A DNA stretch of 63,896 nt, counting the filler, from Octopus bimaculoides (taxonomy: Eukaryota): NCBI RefSeq assembly GCF_001194135.2. It is 7 parts of 6 records of this genome, joined end to end, with 100 filler letters (N's around TTAATTAATTAA, not from the genome) between each part and the next. Parts side by side here need not be neighbours in the genome. Positions count along the whole stretch, not along the records: positions 1 to 9,072 come from NC_069001.1; positions 9,173 to 26,815 come from NC_069001.1; 5 more parts are not named here. One strand, given 5' to 3'. The notes beneath the pieces are model-generated. The model did not search any database. It was not told where the DNA came from and saw nothing but the letters and a program-made list of their open reading frames with translations. Both the position numbers and the translations under genes were made by a program. Positions 1 to 14,176 of the stretch are shown piece by piece. Within the stretch, counting starts at the first letter, position 1. The number at the start of each line of letters is the position of its first letter.

Positions 1-73
<73 letters not shown>

Positions 74-439
74 TACATTTATGTATTTGTTTTGCAAGAT
101 TCCTGATGTGAAATCATAAGTTGAAACATTGTTATATATTGGAAAGGTCATTTTCTATTTTCTTGCCAAATAGACACATATATTGTGTATTTATTCTTCA
201 CTTGTTTATTACTGTTCTTATTTTGTGTCTATTGCTTGGAAGTCTTCCATCACACATTCCATGACCTCCTGAGTGACTCTCCGTCCCACATGTGTTATGA
301 GGGATTTCCAGATAATGGCCATGAGATAAGAACAGTGATGAATGAGTGAAGAATGAATATGTGGTGCATGTGTATGTTTGGCAAGGTGAAGAAAATGACC
401 ATCTTGACATATAACAAAATATATATATATTTGACCTGC

Positions 440-690
440 AAGAGTCCTGCACCGGTGCCATGTAAAAAGTACTCATGGCAGTGCCACATAAGAGCTCCCA
501 TGCAATTCCATGTAAAAGTGCCTATGTGGTGTCACATAAAAGCACCCACACACTTTGTAAAGTGGTTGGCATTAGGAAGAGCATCCAGCCATAGAAACCA
601 GGCCAGATCAGACTGGACCCTGGTGCAGCTTCCCAGCTTACCAGCTCTAGCTAAACCATCTAACCCCACCTCCACCACCACCCTCTTACA
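440..690 (+). mobile_element. Decayed 3' UTR fragment of the RTE LINE family seen at 4890-6135
   Basis: Matches the distal part of 5590-6135 (gtggttggcattaggaagagcatccagccatagaaac...ccagatcagactgg) with short repeated tgccatgtaaaaagcacc-like units. Confidence 0.6.
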
Positions 691-749
691 ACTGTAAATC
701 TGTTCCTGTCACCATACTTCACTTTCCCTCATCACCTTACCTAAAATAA

Positions 750-797
<48 letters not shown>

Positions 798-2164
798 NNN
801 NNNNNNNNNNNNNNNNNNNNNNNNNNNNNNNNNNNNNNNNNNNNNNNNNNNNNNNNNNNNNNNNNNNNNNNNNNNNNNNNNNNNNNNNNNNNNNNNNNNN
901 NNNNNNNNNNNNNNNNNNNNNNNNNNNNNNNNNNNNNNNNNNNNNNNNNNNNNNNNNNNNNNNNNNNNNNNNNNNNNNNNNNNNNNNNNNNNNNNNNNNN
1001 NNNNNNNNNNNNNNNNNNNNNNNNNNNNNNNNNNNNNNNNNNNNNNNNNNNNNNNNNNNNNNNNNNNNNNNNNNNNNNNNNNNNNNNNNNNNNNNNNNNN
1101 NNNNNNNNNNNNNNNNNNNNNNNNNNNNNNNNNNNNNNNNNNNNNNNNNNNNNNNNNNNNNNNNNNNNNNNNNNNNNNNNNNNNNNNNNNNNNNNNNNNN
1201 NNNNNNNNNNNNNNNNNNNNNNNNNNNNNNNNNNNNNNNNNNNNNNNNNNNNNNNNNNNNNNNNNNNNNNNNNNNNNNNNNNNNNNNNNNNNNNNNNNNN
1301 NNNNNNNNNNNNNNNNGGTGGTGATCGTGGTGGTCGTGGTCGTGGTCGTGGCAACGGCAGCGGTGGTAGTAGTGGTGGTCTTCCACATGGCTTATTGCTC
1401 AACTTGCAACAAATCACTGTGCACTAAAGAACAGCTGTTGCAAGTATGCTGCACCAGCTGGTTGGTGCATTATTTTAAAAGTTACATTTCTCTTTGAACA
1501 GACTTTGTACATGGTTGCTCAACCTTCCAAAAATAGCAACCAAATCTCCCTCTTTGTCTTAAATAAGGATGGACATAATGCAGTCTTAGATAGACTATAG
1601 AAGATAGAATTAGTTATAATTCAAATACCATTGACCATAGGTCACTCAGTTGAAGTGGCCCTGGACTAAACACCAATAGCAACACCACTAACGCCATTAT
1701 TACCACAACCACCACCAACAACAGCAACACCATCACAAACACCAACATGACAGTACTGCTACCGCTACTACCAATGCCATCACTATAATGCCAACCAGCC
1801 ACCACCATCATCATCACATCACTACCACCAACATCATCACCATCACCATTGCCAACACCACCATCATTGATCTAACATTCCAACCAGAATTACTCTAAAG
1901 TGAAGCCATTGATGGACCACAATGAGGAAATGGACAGAGGATAGCAGGAGGAAGGACCAGAGAGGAGGATGCGAGTGACCAAATCTTCTATTAATGCTTG
2001 TTTCTGGCAGCTATGGCCGTTGTTGGTCATTATTGGTCAGTGCGGCTTGTTTATTTCCTCTGACTTATTCTGGCCTTTTGTTTGTGTGGTTGGATGGTTG
2101 TTGTTTTTTTTAATCTTTTGTGTCTGTGTTTTGCTTGCCTGCCATAATTTACCTTATTTATAAG

Positions 2165-2220
<56 letters not shown>

Positions 2221-3532
2221 TATATATATATATATATACATACACACATTTCTATACAAACACATTTATGCACACACACATACAAGTGTAACTTCATAAA
2301 ATCAATACCACGTTTTGTGCTTGCAGCATATTGAATACATTAATACATGTACAATAATAAGCAGGCATATTGTGTACAAATGCACACACATCATCATCAT
2401 CATCATCGCCGTCATCATTGTCATTCTGTCTATCATTTTGCACCCACCATCTAGGCTAGCATTGATTGACTGCTTTGTTAGAATTCAACAAGTTGAAGGA
2501 CAAGGTTGTGCCCCAGAGTCTCAGTTTTGGTCCTCTCTGTCACCAACCACTTTACAGAGTCTATTGAGGGCTTTGATTGTGGTGCCAGCATTGTAGAGAA
2601 TACATTACAACAGACAACACTAAAGAACTACCATGATGAAAGGCTGACCTAGGGTTAAATAACAACAACAACAACACCAATCAAATGAACAAAGTGGAAG
2701 GTGATCAAAGTCATGGAGCACTCTGACCCTAATTGTGTGTTAGTACCTTCACCCTGGATTATCTGAATTTCTATTGGTTTTATATATACTTAATGGTTCT
2801 ATATTGTTATATTTGGGGATGGTCATGTTCTTTTTTTTTTTTTTTGACTATTAACCACACAGACCATATACTTGTTCTTCACTTCATCTTTATTCTCCAT
2901 TTCACGTCCTCCTCCTGTTCTGTTTAGTCCATCCTGTTTTTCTGTAGTGATGGTTCTATATTTAAAGGGGATATACTCATAATTAATTCAGGGTCCCAGA
3001 AATTGATTAGTTTATTATAAATAATCCTTTAGAGAGAGAGAAAATATTACCATTAGTTTTACTATTAGTTTTACCATTAGTTTTTGACAAGAAAGGTAAG
3101 GGAGGTAACTTCAAAATATAGTCATCATCATTATCATCATCATTATCATCATCACAATCCTAATTATCAACATCATCATCAACATTTCCATACAGTAATG
3201 TGCTAGGTGAAACTTGCTGGAGCATTATTCTATGGTCAGCTGCCCTTCCTGAAGCCAACTCTTGCTTTCAATTAAACTTCTTTATTCTACTATGCTAAAA
3301 CTGTCGAATTGTGGCAATCATTGATTTTACTCTCCAAGATAATGTGTAGAAGAAAGGGGTTACTTTTTCCTGAGATGTCTCCTCTAGGAACATGTAGTCA
3401 AGTGGGTGATAACATACTTCATGTTGTAGGGAAAGAAGAAATGTTTAATTATGAAAACTTACAACCATTACGAAGAAAAAACTTATTAATTTTGATAATT
3501 TAATAGTGGACATTGTATATCACAAATGGTAT

Positions 3533-3590
<58 letters not shown>

Positions 3591-3599
3591 GAGAATCTT

Positions 3600-4135
3600 G
3601 GCTCACAATATTATTAAACAGGTATCTTTGTTATCTTCTGATGAAGGTGCTTTTTATGAGTGCAGCTGGGTATTATAATGAGATACTTAGAAAATGTGGA
3701 TTCTCTGATAAGATGAGTTACATAAAAAAATACTGGAAATACACAGCATAAGAACTGGAATAGGAAAAAGAATACTTTATAGTATAACCACTTATTTAAC
3801 CTAGCAGTAAAAACTAATATAGTGAGAGTTTTATAATTTAATAGATTGCCATTTCCTTTTAGGACATAAAAAGAAAAAAATATTGAATGGGTACTGTATA
3901 TAAAAAAATATTGAATGGGAACTGTATTCAGCCTGCAAAAGTTTTGAGTGCTATATCAGAGGTTATAATGCCACAAAGCTGAATAGAAGAGAGATGCAAA
4001 CAACTAGTCAACAAAGATCATGCAACTGTAGAACTCATGAGAACTGTCCACTAGATGGTACCTGTCTGGCAAAGTCGATAGTACACAGTGCAAAGGTTGA
4101 ATCAAACAGCAGTGATCAATCTAAAACATATTCAA
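3600..4135 (+). mobile_element. Penelope-like element remnant (RT C-terminus to linker before GIY-YIG), frameshifted
   Basis: Translates across shifts to LSSDEGAFY..YYNEILRKCGFSDKMSY, YNHLFNLAVKTNIV and CNCRTHENCPLDGTCLAKSIVHSAKV, resembling PLE motifs YNEALKKSGY, WYNPPF..VKTNIG and CNCR..CPLDGKCL..SIVY (recalled family pattern). Confidence 0.75.
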
Positions 4136-4425
4136 GCACGTACACATGTGTATATATATATATGTACTTTTCTGTTTTTCCTACCTTCTCTACTGGTAAA
4201 TCTAATTGCCTTTTGGACATACACTTTTTTATATTCATCAGCAATGACTTTCTCACCAGTAATGTCTTCCCTGTATATTGCAAAAATGTAATCATTTTGC
4301 TCCCAAATAAACTGCACTTCATATTCAAAGCTCCAATGAAGCTATAGGATGTTATTCAAGCACTCAACTAAGAGTTCACTGCATCTTATAGTAGAAACCG
4401 CTGTAAGCTAATGAAGTTCATAACA

Positions 4426-4536
4426 TGACCAGTCCTCAGTCAAATCGTCCAACCCATGCTAGCATGGAAAGCGGACGTTAAACGATGATGATGATGATGA
4501 TGATGATGACGATGATGATGACGATGATGATGATGA
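4426..4536 (+). mobile_element. 5'-truncated RTE 3' end with (GAT)n tail
   Basis: ccagtcctcagtcaaatcgtccaacccatgctagcatggaaagcggacgttaaacgatgatg is nearly identical to 6052-6135. A reverse copy of the same tail lies at ~12075-12120. Confidence 0.75.
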
Positions 4537-4889
4537 AAGTTTGTGTGTGCGTGTGTGTGTGTGTGTGTACAATACAATATATATATATATAGTGTATCAT
4601 ACCACTATTACTTGAGCAAGCGATGACAGATGAAAGATATATACAACACAAGGCTGAACGTTAATTTTATACCACCGCTTTTTTAAAAGATCGTCGCTAC
4701 ATTTGATCATACACATTGTTTATTTCAATAGGATAATTTTTAAGGCCATGAGCCAATATAGCTTCATTGAAATTAGGTTGCTGGCCCCTCTCTCTCTCTC
4801 TCTCATTATTATAGTATAGATTTACTGTATCTAGTGGTAATACAAACTAAATTTTTCAAAACCATAATTATTTTTAATCTCTGCTCAAA

Positions 4890-6106
4890 TCTCCCAGGAG
4901 CAATAAACACTGGAAATGTACACTTCTGTCACATTCCAGGGAGAAAAACTAGAAGTATTTGACAGCTTCCATTACCTAGAGGACCAAGTCAGTAGTGGGG
5001 GTGGATGCCCTGAAATTGTAGCTGCTAGAATAAGAATAGCCTGGGCAAAGTCCAGAGAGCTCCTACCTCTGCTGATGACAAAGGGCCTCTCGCTCAGAGT
5101 AAAAGGTAGATTGTATGATGCATGTGTACGAACATTCATGCTACATGGCAGTGAAACATGAATGGTGACTGCTGAGGACATGCGTAAGCTTGCAAGGAAT
5201 GAAGCCAGTATGCTCCGCTGGATATGTAATGTCAGTGTGCATACACGACAGAGTGTAAGNNNNNNNNNNTAATGTCAGTGTGCATACACGACAGAGTGTA
5301 AGCACCCTGAGAGAAAAGTTGGACCTAAGAAGCATCAGATGTAGTGTGCAAGAGAGACGACTGCGCTGGTATGGACATGTAGTGTGAATGGATGAAGGCA
5401 GCTGTGTGAAAAAGTGTCGCACCCTAGCAGTTGAGGGAATCTGTGGAAGAGGTGGACCCAGGAAGACCTGGGATGAGGTGGTGAAGCATGACCAAGACCT
5501 TTGGAAATATGCTGTGCTAGAGAAGACCCAGCAAGCCAAGTGAGACCATAACCCATGGTCTATGCCAGTGGTGTAACCAGCCGACTTACGCATTTCTTAC
5601 GAAGACCTGTTGAGGCAAGTGAAATCACAATCAAAATCAAATTCACTGATGTGATCAATGATAGCACCACCTGACTGGCACCCGTTAAAAGCACCATCCA
5701 AGCATGATCGTTGCCAGGGCCACTGACTGGCTCCTGTGCTGGGGGCACATAAAAAGCACCATTCGAGCGTGATCGTTACCAGTGTCACCTTACTGGCACT
5801 TGTGCCGGTGGCACATGAAAAACAACATTCGAGCGCGGTCATTGCCAGTGCTGCTGGACTGGCTCCTGTGCAGGTGGTACATAAAAAACACCATTTGAGT
5901 GTGGTCGTTTCCAATACCGCCTGACTGGCCCTTGTGCCAGTGGCACGTAAAAGCACCCACTACACTCTCGGAGTGATTGACGTTAGAAAGGGCATCCAGC
6001 TGTAGAAACTCTGCCAGATCAGATTAGAGCCTGGTGCAGCCATCTGGCTCACCAGTCCTCAGTCAAACTGTGCAACCCATGCTAGTATGGAAAGCGGACA
6101 TTAAAC

Positions 6107-6135
<29 letters not shown>
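4890..6135 (+). mobile_element. RTE-clade LINE, 5'-truncated: RT C-terminus, ~600-bp 3' UTR and (GAT)n tail
   Basis: Peptides GEKLEVFDSFHYLEDQVSSGGGC..VAARIRIAWAKSRELLPLL..KGRLYDACVRTFMLHGSET and ERRLRWYGHV..GICGRGGPRKTWDEVVKHD are RTE RT-thumb motifs. The sequence continues into a UTR ending gatgatgat. Confidence 0.85.
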
Positions 6136-6137
<2 letters not shown>

Positions 6138-6789
6138 GCTACTCCTCTTGGGGCCTAGACCTCTGTGAAAAAACATTGAGGTAATATTTTCATTAGTTAC
6201 AGCAAGACAGATTGATCAAGAGAAGGGTTCACAACTCAAATTATAGTCATAAATGAAGAATTGGTCATCTTGTACAAGGTGATATACAAGCAATTTTTAA
6301 AGTAGAAAAAATGCTTTGTCACTGAGCAGATTGTAAGTCCAAAATTAGGAGGCAAACCCTTTCATTGGTCATTAAATAATGGTGTCCTGCTGAGAAAATA
6401 AGAATTCTTATCTCTAGTAGACATATTTGACAATGGGAGAGGCAAAGCTGAAGTTTCCAAAATAATTCAAGAAAAGTGAATTATCAGCGCATTGTTTGTA
6501 CTTTAATTTTTTATACTACTCCACACCAGTAGAAAGATCAGGTAGAACAGCTCACAGGCTGACACTGCATGTCTAGACTCTGTGTAGGAGTATGAGATGA
6601 TGTTGTTCACTAAGACTGGTAACAGCAATCTGCATGGCAAAATACAAATACAAAAAAATTGACAATGGAAAAATTAATTTGCTTCAGAGCGGCCCCTCCT
6701 GGATTAGGGACCCTGAAGCTTAAGCTTCATTAGTTTTATAGTAGATCCGCCACTGTGTTACATACCACGCAGTTTTCATTAGTGCATGT

Positions 6790-7110
6790 AGTATTTTCAA
6801 AGTGGTACATCCTATATAACTGTGATCTGATGGAGGTCCCTGGCTTTTCAACGATCTTAGAGGTGTGGCCTCTATAAACATCACTCCTTGATATTTGTCA
6901 GCATTGTACTATGTGTTTACTTTGTTTGCTTTATCACAAACTCTCTGTATACTATTCCAGTCTTTGCCTTTGTATCTAGGGCAGGTACCACTGGCTTCAT
7001 TATATATAATGCTATGTAACTTCTTTCTAGCTCGCCTGTATACAGGAATCCTATCTTTCTGGTCATATCCAGAGAATTGCATGGAGTGCATGAAGCTGCA
7101 AAAGCAATGA
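6790..7110 (-). mobile_element. Penelope-like element remnant of a second, divergent type
   Basis: FMHSMQFSGYDQKDRIPVYRRARKK..GTCPRYKGKDWN..*YNADKYQGVMFIEATP resembles the recalled PLE pattern RMQYSGY....RPLYRPKEW...WY..GGYESVMFV.ATP. Confidence 0.6.
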
Positions 7111-7339
7111 AAATTTTGCAACAAAAAATATAAATAATAAATGAGTGGAAATCAAACCAGTGTGTGTGTTAGATAATAAGGCATTAAGACAATATGACTC
7201 TCTTCAGACACAACATAACAAGAAAACTACTTGACTCATTCAAATAGATATCTCTACTATGCATCCATCAACTTTATCCAACTAAATAAGGTACTCATTT
7301 TTGCAAAAAAAAACTCTAGACTAAGTATGAAATTGATAT

Positions 7340-8486
7340 TATATTAGAAGCTAAGAAAACAATTATCGAATATGAAGGTAAGCTTTGGTCTAGGAAGGAT
7401 AGGCCCAACAATTTTGATATCACTATGAGGTCAAGTGACTTCACTTAGGTGACAAATCTGGAAGGAATATATACTTTAAAGTACCTAATGTAAAGAGTTT
7501 CCTGAACTGGGGGAGAGATTATACCAGGATGATCCATTGTTCACTATATGTAATTGTAGCAAAAGTAACTTTGGAAGGTATAAGAAAAATCTTACTCATT
7601 TATTTAATAGGTTTAGACTTTCTATCTCTATAGAGAAAGAAGATAATAAGGTAAATTTTTTTAGATATTTCACTTGATCTTTAGTATTGGACTGCATCAC
7701 CCAATACACAGACCACATGAAAATCTTAAGTATGTGAGCTGCAACTCAAATCATCTCAAATATTTTATAACCAAGGGGGTCTCAATTAGAATTTCTCAAC
7801 TTTCAGGAAACCTTCATACAGCACAAGAGATGTTACAGCATAACCCTAGCTGAAGCAGGTAATAAAGACCAAATTAAATACATCCCAAATAGCAATTCAG
7901 TCAAGGATAATAATGTTAAATGGTGGATGTATTCGGATTCTGGTGATGACCACAATAATAGAATAAAAAATTCCAGGACTAGTCATAAAAAATATAATTG
8001 GAAATTTAATCATAATGTGAGTGGTATGGTTGGGACAATGAACACAGAAAACAAACTGAAAGAAAGCAAGCTAAATGAACATAAACATAAGGGTTCTCAG
8101 AGTAACATAAGTTCAAGTAAAACCACAGATAAATCTACACTGTCACTCAAACACAAGTGGTATAATGTTAATAACCAACAACCAGAGAAAGATAACAAGG
8201 GCCATAATTGTCCAAATAAGATAAATCTGATTGTGAGCTGACTAGCATACAAACAAACTATAAGGCAGAATAGCAAAGAATGTGGTAACTCTAACAAACA
8301 GAGAAATAGACCAAAACAAACAGTTTGGTATAATACACCATTCAGGGCCCAAATTGCCACCAATATCCTGAGAAAATTCTTCACTACCTTAGAGAAGCAT
8401 TTCCCACCATCAAGCCAATACAGGTAATTGTTTAATAAGCATCCAGTTAAGCTTATATATGCAACAACAAAGAATCTGGTGCAAGC
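7340..8486 (+). mobile_element. Penelope-like element remnant (RT palm/thumb), frameshifted
   Basis: Peptides ISIEKEDNKVNFLDISLDL, YVSCNSNH and RPKQTVWYNTPFRAQIATNILRKFFTTLEKHFPPSSQYR*LFNKHPVKLIYAT. Interrupted at ~8487 by another repeat. Confidence 0.8.
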
Positions 8487-8765
8487 ATCCTTAAACAACC
8501 CTTATTCAGGGACCTTTTGAGTGGAATGGGCTACTCAACCTGAAGAAAATTTTAATTGGGCCCCACCTGCAAAGTTATGCATAATTTATTTTGATATAAG
8601 ATCACTATGTCGTGCCCATATGGTTGTGATGCATGTGCCTGGTGTACCCTTATCACATAGGTAGTCATGATGGGTATACTGGACTTCACATATTTTATCC
8701 CAGTGTCACTTTGATGGCATGCACTGATCTCTCACTCAATAATAATACTAATACTAATAATAGTC
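8487..8765 (+). mobile_element. Unclassified retroposon-like repeat (family B), 5'-truncated, (AAT)n-like tail
   Basis: Aligns by eye to 10060-10335 and 18215-18530 (cttattcagggacc...tggttgtgatgcatgtgcctggtgtaccc...ctctcactcaataataat). Confidence 0.75.
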
Positions 8766-9072
8766 AAGACGAAGAGTGCGATTTTAGATGTTTTATTTTT
8801 TGAACAACATTTCGACAGAACGTCTGTCTTTCTCAAGTTCAAACCAAAAGGTGATTGAAAATTCAAAATTTCAGAAACCAAACGTAAACTATGAACGTGA
8901 GTAATCAGCGTCCATACGTTGATAGAATGACATCATCAGCTTTTGTCAGTTTTTTAATAAGCAGAAAGAAAGAAAGAAAAAGGAAGACGACAGAAAAAGA
9001 AAAGAAAAAGAGAGAAAGAAGAATATTCAATCAAACAGTTTTGTATAAATTTGATGATATTCTCTTGTCATC

Positions 9073-9172
9073 NNNNNNNNNNNNNNNNNNNNNNNNNNNN
9101 NNNNNNNNNNNNNNNNTTAATTAATTAANNNNNNNNNNNNNNNNNNNNNNNNNNNNNNNNNNNNNNNNNNNN
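9073..9172. other. Artificial 100-bp scaffold spacer (44 N + TTAATTAATTAA + 44 N); also at 26816, 37641, 47771, 60287 and 62725
   Basis: Same construct at all six places; the 12-mer puts stops in all six frames. Confidence 0.95.
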
Positions 9173-9288
9173 ATATATACATATAAATATAGATATATAC
9201 ATATATATGAGTTTACGTATTCATTGATTTCTATATGTGCACATATATAAGTATAGATAACTATATTCATATAAATACATATATATAC

Positions 9289-9330
<42 letters not shown>

Positions 9331-9762
9331 GATTATAGAAATACACATATGTGTCAATTTATACTGCAGTACATGAATGTGTGCACGAGTATATATATAT
9401 ATATATATGTATACAAACATATATATGTATGTGTGTGTGTGTGTATATATATATGTATGTTGATATGTATGTATATATATGTATGTATATGCACACACAT
9501 ACACATATATACAATATATATATCTGTGTGTCAGTGTGTGTATGTATATGTATACATTCATGTATGTATGTATTTACCTATAGGCACAAGTAATTGCGCC
9601 AGCACAAGTACACACCTGCAGATACCAATATATGTGTGGATTCATGCAGCTGTTTATGCATGTGTCATGCACGCACGCACAACTGTACACATATGTAGTC
9701 ACATTCAAATTTCTGACAATATTAGCTACACATAATAATGATGATGATGATGATGATAGTAT

Positions 9763-10335
9763 ATGCCCTGATGCAGTACCAGGCAGTGGCTCTCACGGTT
9801 TCTCATCTTAACTGATTGGAAGTGTTGTCATGTACATTGTTTGGCCTTGGTATAAAAGGTGGGCTTCAGCAAATATTCTGCTCAATAGCAGATTTGCTTG
9901 TCAGTTGTTTGACCTTAACCAGTTGAGCATGTCCCTTGGTGGCTGACGATATGTGCATCTCTGATCAGGAGTTGAAGTAGTGGGGGAGCATCATAGCCAG
10001 GTGTTGAGAGGAATTCTGTGGGGTTTGGATAGTTCACCTCTGGAAACCAGGGTGTTTTGTTCAACATCCTTAAACAAATGTTATTCAGGGACCTTTTAAG
10101 CAGGATGGGCTACTCAACCTGAAGAAAATTCTAACTGGGCCCCTACCTGCAAGGTCATGCGCTGTTTATCTTGATAAGAGGTCACACCACATATGGTTGT
10201 GATGCATGTGCCTGGTGTACCCTTATCAGACGGGCAGTCATGATGGGTATAATGGGCTTTGTATATTTGTACCCCAGTGTCACTTTGATGGCATGCACTG
10301 CTCTCTCACTCAGTAATAATGATGATGATAATAAT
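9763..10335 (+). mobile_element. Family B repeat, longest copy (~570 bp) with (AAT)n tail
   Basis: Three copies in the window share the 3' end and differ in 5' truncation, the signature of retroposition. Imperfect hairpin agcaaatattctgct-caat-agcagatttgct at ~9868-9898. Confidence 0.75.
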
Positions 10336-10399
10336 ATTAATAATAACAATGTTGATGATAATAATAATGATAACTATTATTATTATGATGGTTTCAAAT

Positions 10400-10575
10400 T
10401 TTGGCGCAAGCCCAGCAATTTCGTGGGAGGAGTAAATTGATTACATCGACCCAGTATTTAACTGGTCCTTATTTTATTGACCCCAAAATGATGGAAGGCA
10501 AAGCCAACGACAGGTACAATTTGGATTCAGAACTAAAAGACAGAAGAAATGCCACGGAGCATTCTTCCCAGCATG
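10400..10575 (-). mobile_element. SINE family C, decayed copy
   Basis: Reverse complement of 46446-46620 with partial CpG loss. Confidence 0.65.
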
Positions 10576-11199
10576 GTAACGATTCTGGCAGCTTGCCATC
10601 TTATATACATATATTTACATTTATATATATGTATATATATATATATGCTTATCTATATATATACATATGCATATATCTCAATATATATATCCATATGTAT
10701 AATGTAACTTAAGGATGGGACAGAATTGACAATGTTCAGGGAAAAATCATTTAATTATTATTATTTATCATTATTTATTTATCTTTTTGCCCTGCTTTCT
10801 CAGTTTTTGTCAACTATTTTCATTTAAGTTTTTCACATTAATAAAAGTCTGCTCACATAGTTTCTATCAAGCTGAAATTGCTGCTCCCAAAATATATGGG
10901 TTTTTTTTTTTTTTGGTGTGGGGGGAGCATTGTCCTATTTTTTTTTAAAGTTTGTTTCTGTTTTGATCTAATCAACAATGTGTTCAATATTATAGGATAT
11001 TCATAAATAAAATAAAATCAAAGCTGATCAAATAACCAACCTATCCTGTAATATTTTGTTTCGTTCAGTCAAAAGCCATGTTTTTTTTTCTCTTTTATTC
11101 TGATATTGATGCCAGGGCAATCATCCTTGTTCAGGGATATTAACAACAGACACGAAATAATGTTTTCTTTAACAAATATTGATGTCTGATGCAGGTTTG

Positions 11200-11345
11200 A
11201 CTGTGTGATTAACAAGTTTGTTTCCCAATCACATGGTTTTGGGTTCAGCCCCACTATAAGGCACCTTGGACTAGTGTCATTCATTACAGCCTAGGGTCAA
11301 GTGAATTTGGTTGGCAGAAACTGAAAGAATCCCTATTATATATAT
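11200..11345 (+). mobile_element. SINE family A (tRNA-derived head), CpG-decayed copy
   Basis: Aligns to 45250-45410 with the CpG sites lost (ccggg>ttggg, ctcggg>ctaggg, gacgga>gcaga). Confidence 0.65.
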
Positions 11346-12279
11346 TTTTTTATTCTTTTATTTGTTTGAGTCATTTGACACACCACCACAAATTTGGAGG
11401 GAGGCATATATAGCTGATGCATTCACACATAGTTCCTCAGTATATGACTGGTACTCGCTTTATCCATCCCCAAAAGGATGAAAGGCAAACACATGGACCT
11501 GTTTATCTCTCTCCCCCACCCCACCCCCATTATCAATATAAATTAATAAATAAATAAAAGACATAGCTTCAACCGGGATTGAAACCACATTGCAAACTTA
11601 GTTAACTGGATATCTTACCTCCTACCCCACTTTCCTTGTCCTATTTTATGCAATATATACATTTATTTTAATCCATTTATTTCTTTTGTTTTCTAGAAAA
11701 TTCTCTATTTTTTTTTATTTTACTTTTTTTTTTTTATTATTTTATTATTTTATTAAAAAGTTAAGTCTTTGATTTTTCGTTTTTAGTGGGGTTTTTTTCC
11801 TGTTTGTTTTATTATTGTTTATATTTTGGTATTCTTTAAATTTTTCTTTTATTTATTTTATCTAATTAGTTCTCCTCTCCTCCACTACTCACCCACATAC
11901 ATACAGACACATACAAGCACACACACATACATTCATATACATACACACATGCTTTCTCCACCCACCCTTTCTTCGATTCTAACACTACACAACTACCAAA
12001 TTTTCATATGCGTTCTATTTTTTCCCATTGTGTGTATATGTGTGTATATTTAGATGTGTATACATACATTTATCATCATCATCATCATCATCATCGTTTA
12101 ACGTCCGCTTTCCATGCTATTTATATTGAACATTTATATATCTATTGATGTGTGTGGGTGTGCGTGTATGCATGTATGAATGTACATACGTTTATATCTA
12201 CCTATCAACTTATACATACATATATGTGTGTTTGTGTGTATTATATCTATATATATCTATATCTATATCTATCTATCTA

Positions 12280-12313
<34 letters not shown>

Positions 12314-12365
12314 CTCACACATTCAAATACATAAATATGTGCACATATGTAATTGTATATTGTGC

Positions 12366-12422
<57 letters not shown>

Positions 12423-13519
12423 TACATACATACATATATATATGGTGTTAATTATGTTCTGCTTATCCCAATATTGAAAAGAAAAACCCTAAAAAAAAGA
12501 AAATATCGACACACATAATATATATATATATTTATATATATAAAGAGAGAGATATGTAATATATGTATGTATATATATATATATGTGATATATTATATAT
12601 TAGATTTTGGAAAAAAAATTATTTCTAATAATAAGATATATATATATATATATGTATGTATGTATGTATGTATATGTATATATATATACATATACATTTT
12701 TTTCTTCATAAATGTGATATCAAAAAAATTATTGAAAATGTTAATAATATATTATAAGTCATTAAAAAAGAAAAAATTACGTATTTATATATCACACCCA
12801 CCAGTCACACACACACACACACAAATACACACATACACATACACACAAAAACACATAAACCCATACGCTTGTCCCCACACTTGAGCATATATATCTACAT
12901 ATATATATGCACATACACACGCACACATATATATGTATTATACATACATGCCCACATACACATATATATATGTGTGTATATATATATACACCCAGTCACA
13001 AGATGCAGCAGAATCCTTTAGTGTTTTCCATCACAATGGCTGTTTATCTTCCACATTAACACATCCAAAATTCTTTGATGTTTTTCGGGGTGATGGAGGG
13101 GGGGGGGCGGGAGCAGAATATTATCCTCATCTCCAAATACGTATCAAAGAAAAGCCCTTAATGTATTTTCATTGTTGTTGTTGTTGTCATAGTCATCGCT
13201 GTTTTTTCTGTTGTTGTTGTTGTTGTTGTTGTTTTTCATTTTCGTTCCCTATTCTTTTTCCTCTTTCCTGGAAATTCTTTCGTTTCTTTCTTTCTTTCTG
13301 TCTTTCTTTCCGTCCATCTTTTTTGCTTTGTTTTGTTTCCTTTTTTAACTCGTTTATTTATTATTAATTTTTTTCTAAATCATTTTCTTTTATTTATTAT
13401 TATCATTGTTGTTGTTGTAGTAGTTTTTCTTTCTTCCCCTTCGTCTTATTGTTATTATTATTTTCATTATTATATTTATTATCATTATTATTCAGTTTTA
13501 TTATTTCCACTACTTCTTT

Positions 13520-13563
<44 letters not shown>

Positions 13564-13599
13564 GATTATTATTATTATTATTATTTTTATTAAAGTTTT

Positions 13600-13930
13600 T
13601 CACTGTCACATGTAGCTTCCCATTCTTTAATATAAAAGGATGTGATGCAATTTCTGTCGATGTTGTTGTCTTTGTTGTTGTTTTTGTTATTGTCGTCATT
13701 GAAGAAAACTTCAATAAAGAAGAGCAAGAACAACAACAACAACAACAAAAAGATGGCGGTTAGGTCAACCCCCTAGAGTATTTTCATCATACTTTACAAT
13801 TCAGCAATCCAATAAACAAAAAAAAAAAACGAATAGATAAAATAACATGCAAAAAAACAAAATGTTACGTTGTCCTCAAGACTGACAGCGACCCATGCCG
13901 TTATGCAGCTTGTCTAATACCATCATCACC
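13600..13930. promoter_or_regulatory. Candidate promoter in a local CpG-retaining patch; orientation unresolved
   Basis: TATAAAAG at 13631-13638 and a YY1-type AAGATGGCGG at 13750-13759. Many CpGs are retained between ~12.8 and 14.5 kb despite depleted surroundings. Confidence 0.35.
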
Positions 13931-14131
13931 TACGACATAATCAAAAATAAATAAGAAGGGGAAAAAAAAACCCAGCAATATAACAAAAAAAAAAAAATGG
14001 TGAATTCAATTATTGATTGATGTAGGTGCTGATATGGCTTAATGCAGTTAATTATGAAAATTGAGATTGAGACTTGTATGTGTGTAGCTTTAAAGATCAT
14101 ATTTGCATCCAAAAAATTGTCTTGCAGACAA

Positions 14132-14176
<45 letters not shown>

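Noticed and set aside
1317-1427. RGG-like frame GGDRGGRGRGRGNGSGGSSGGLPHGLLLNLQQITVH*
   Set aside because: Explained by a (GGT)n mosaic next to a gap; no visible splice context.
1402-1469. Two adjacent inverted repeats (acttgcaaca/tgttgcaagt; tgcacca/tggtgca)
   Set aside because: Stems are too short and asymmetric for a pre-miRNA, and no family match was recognised.
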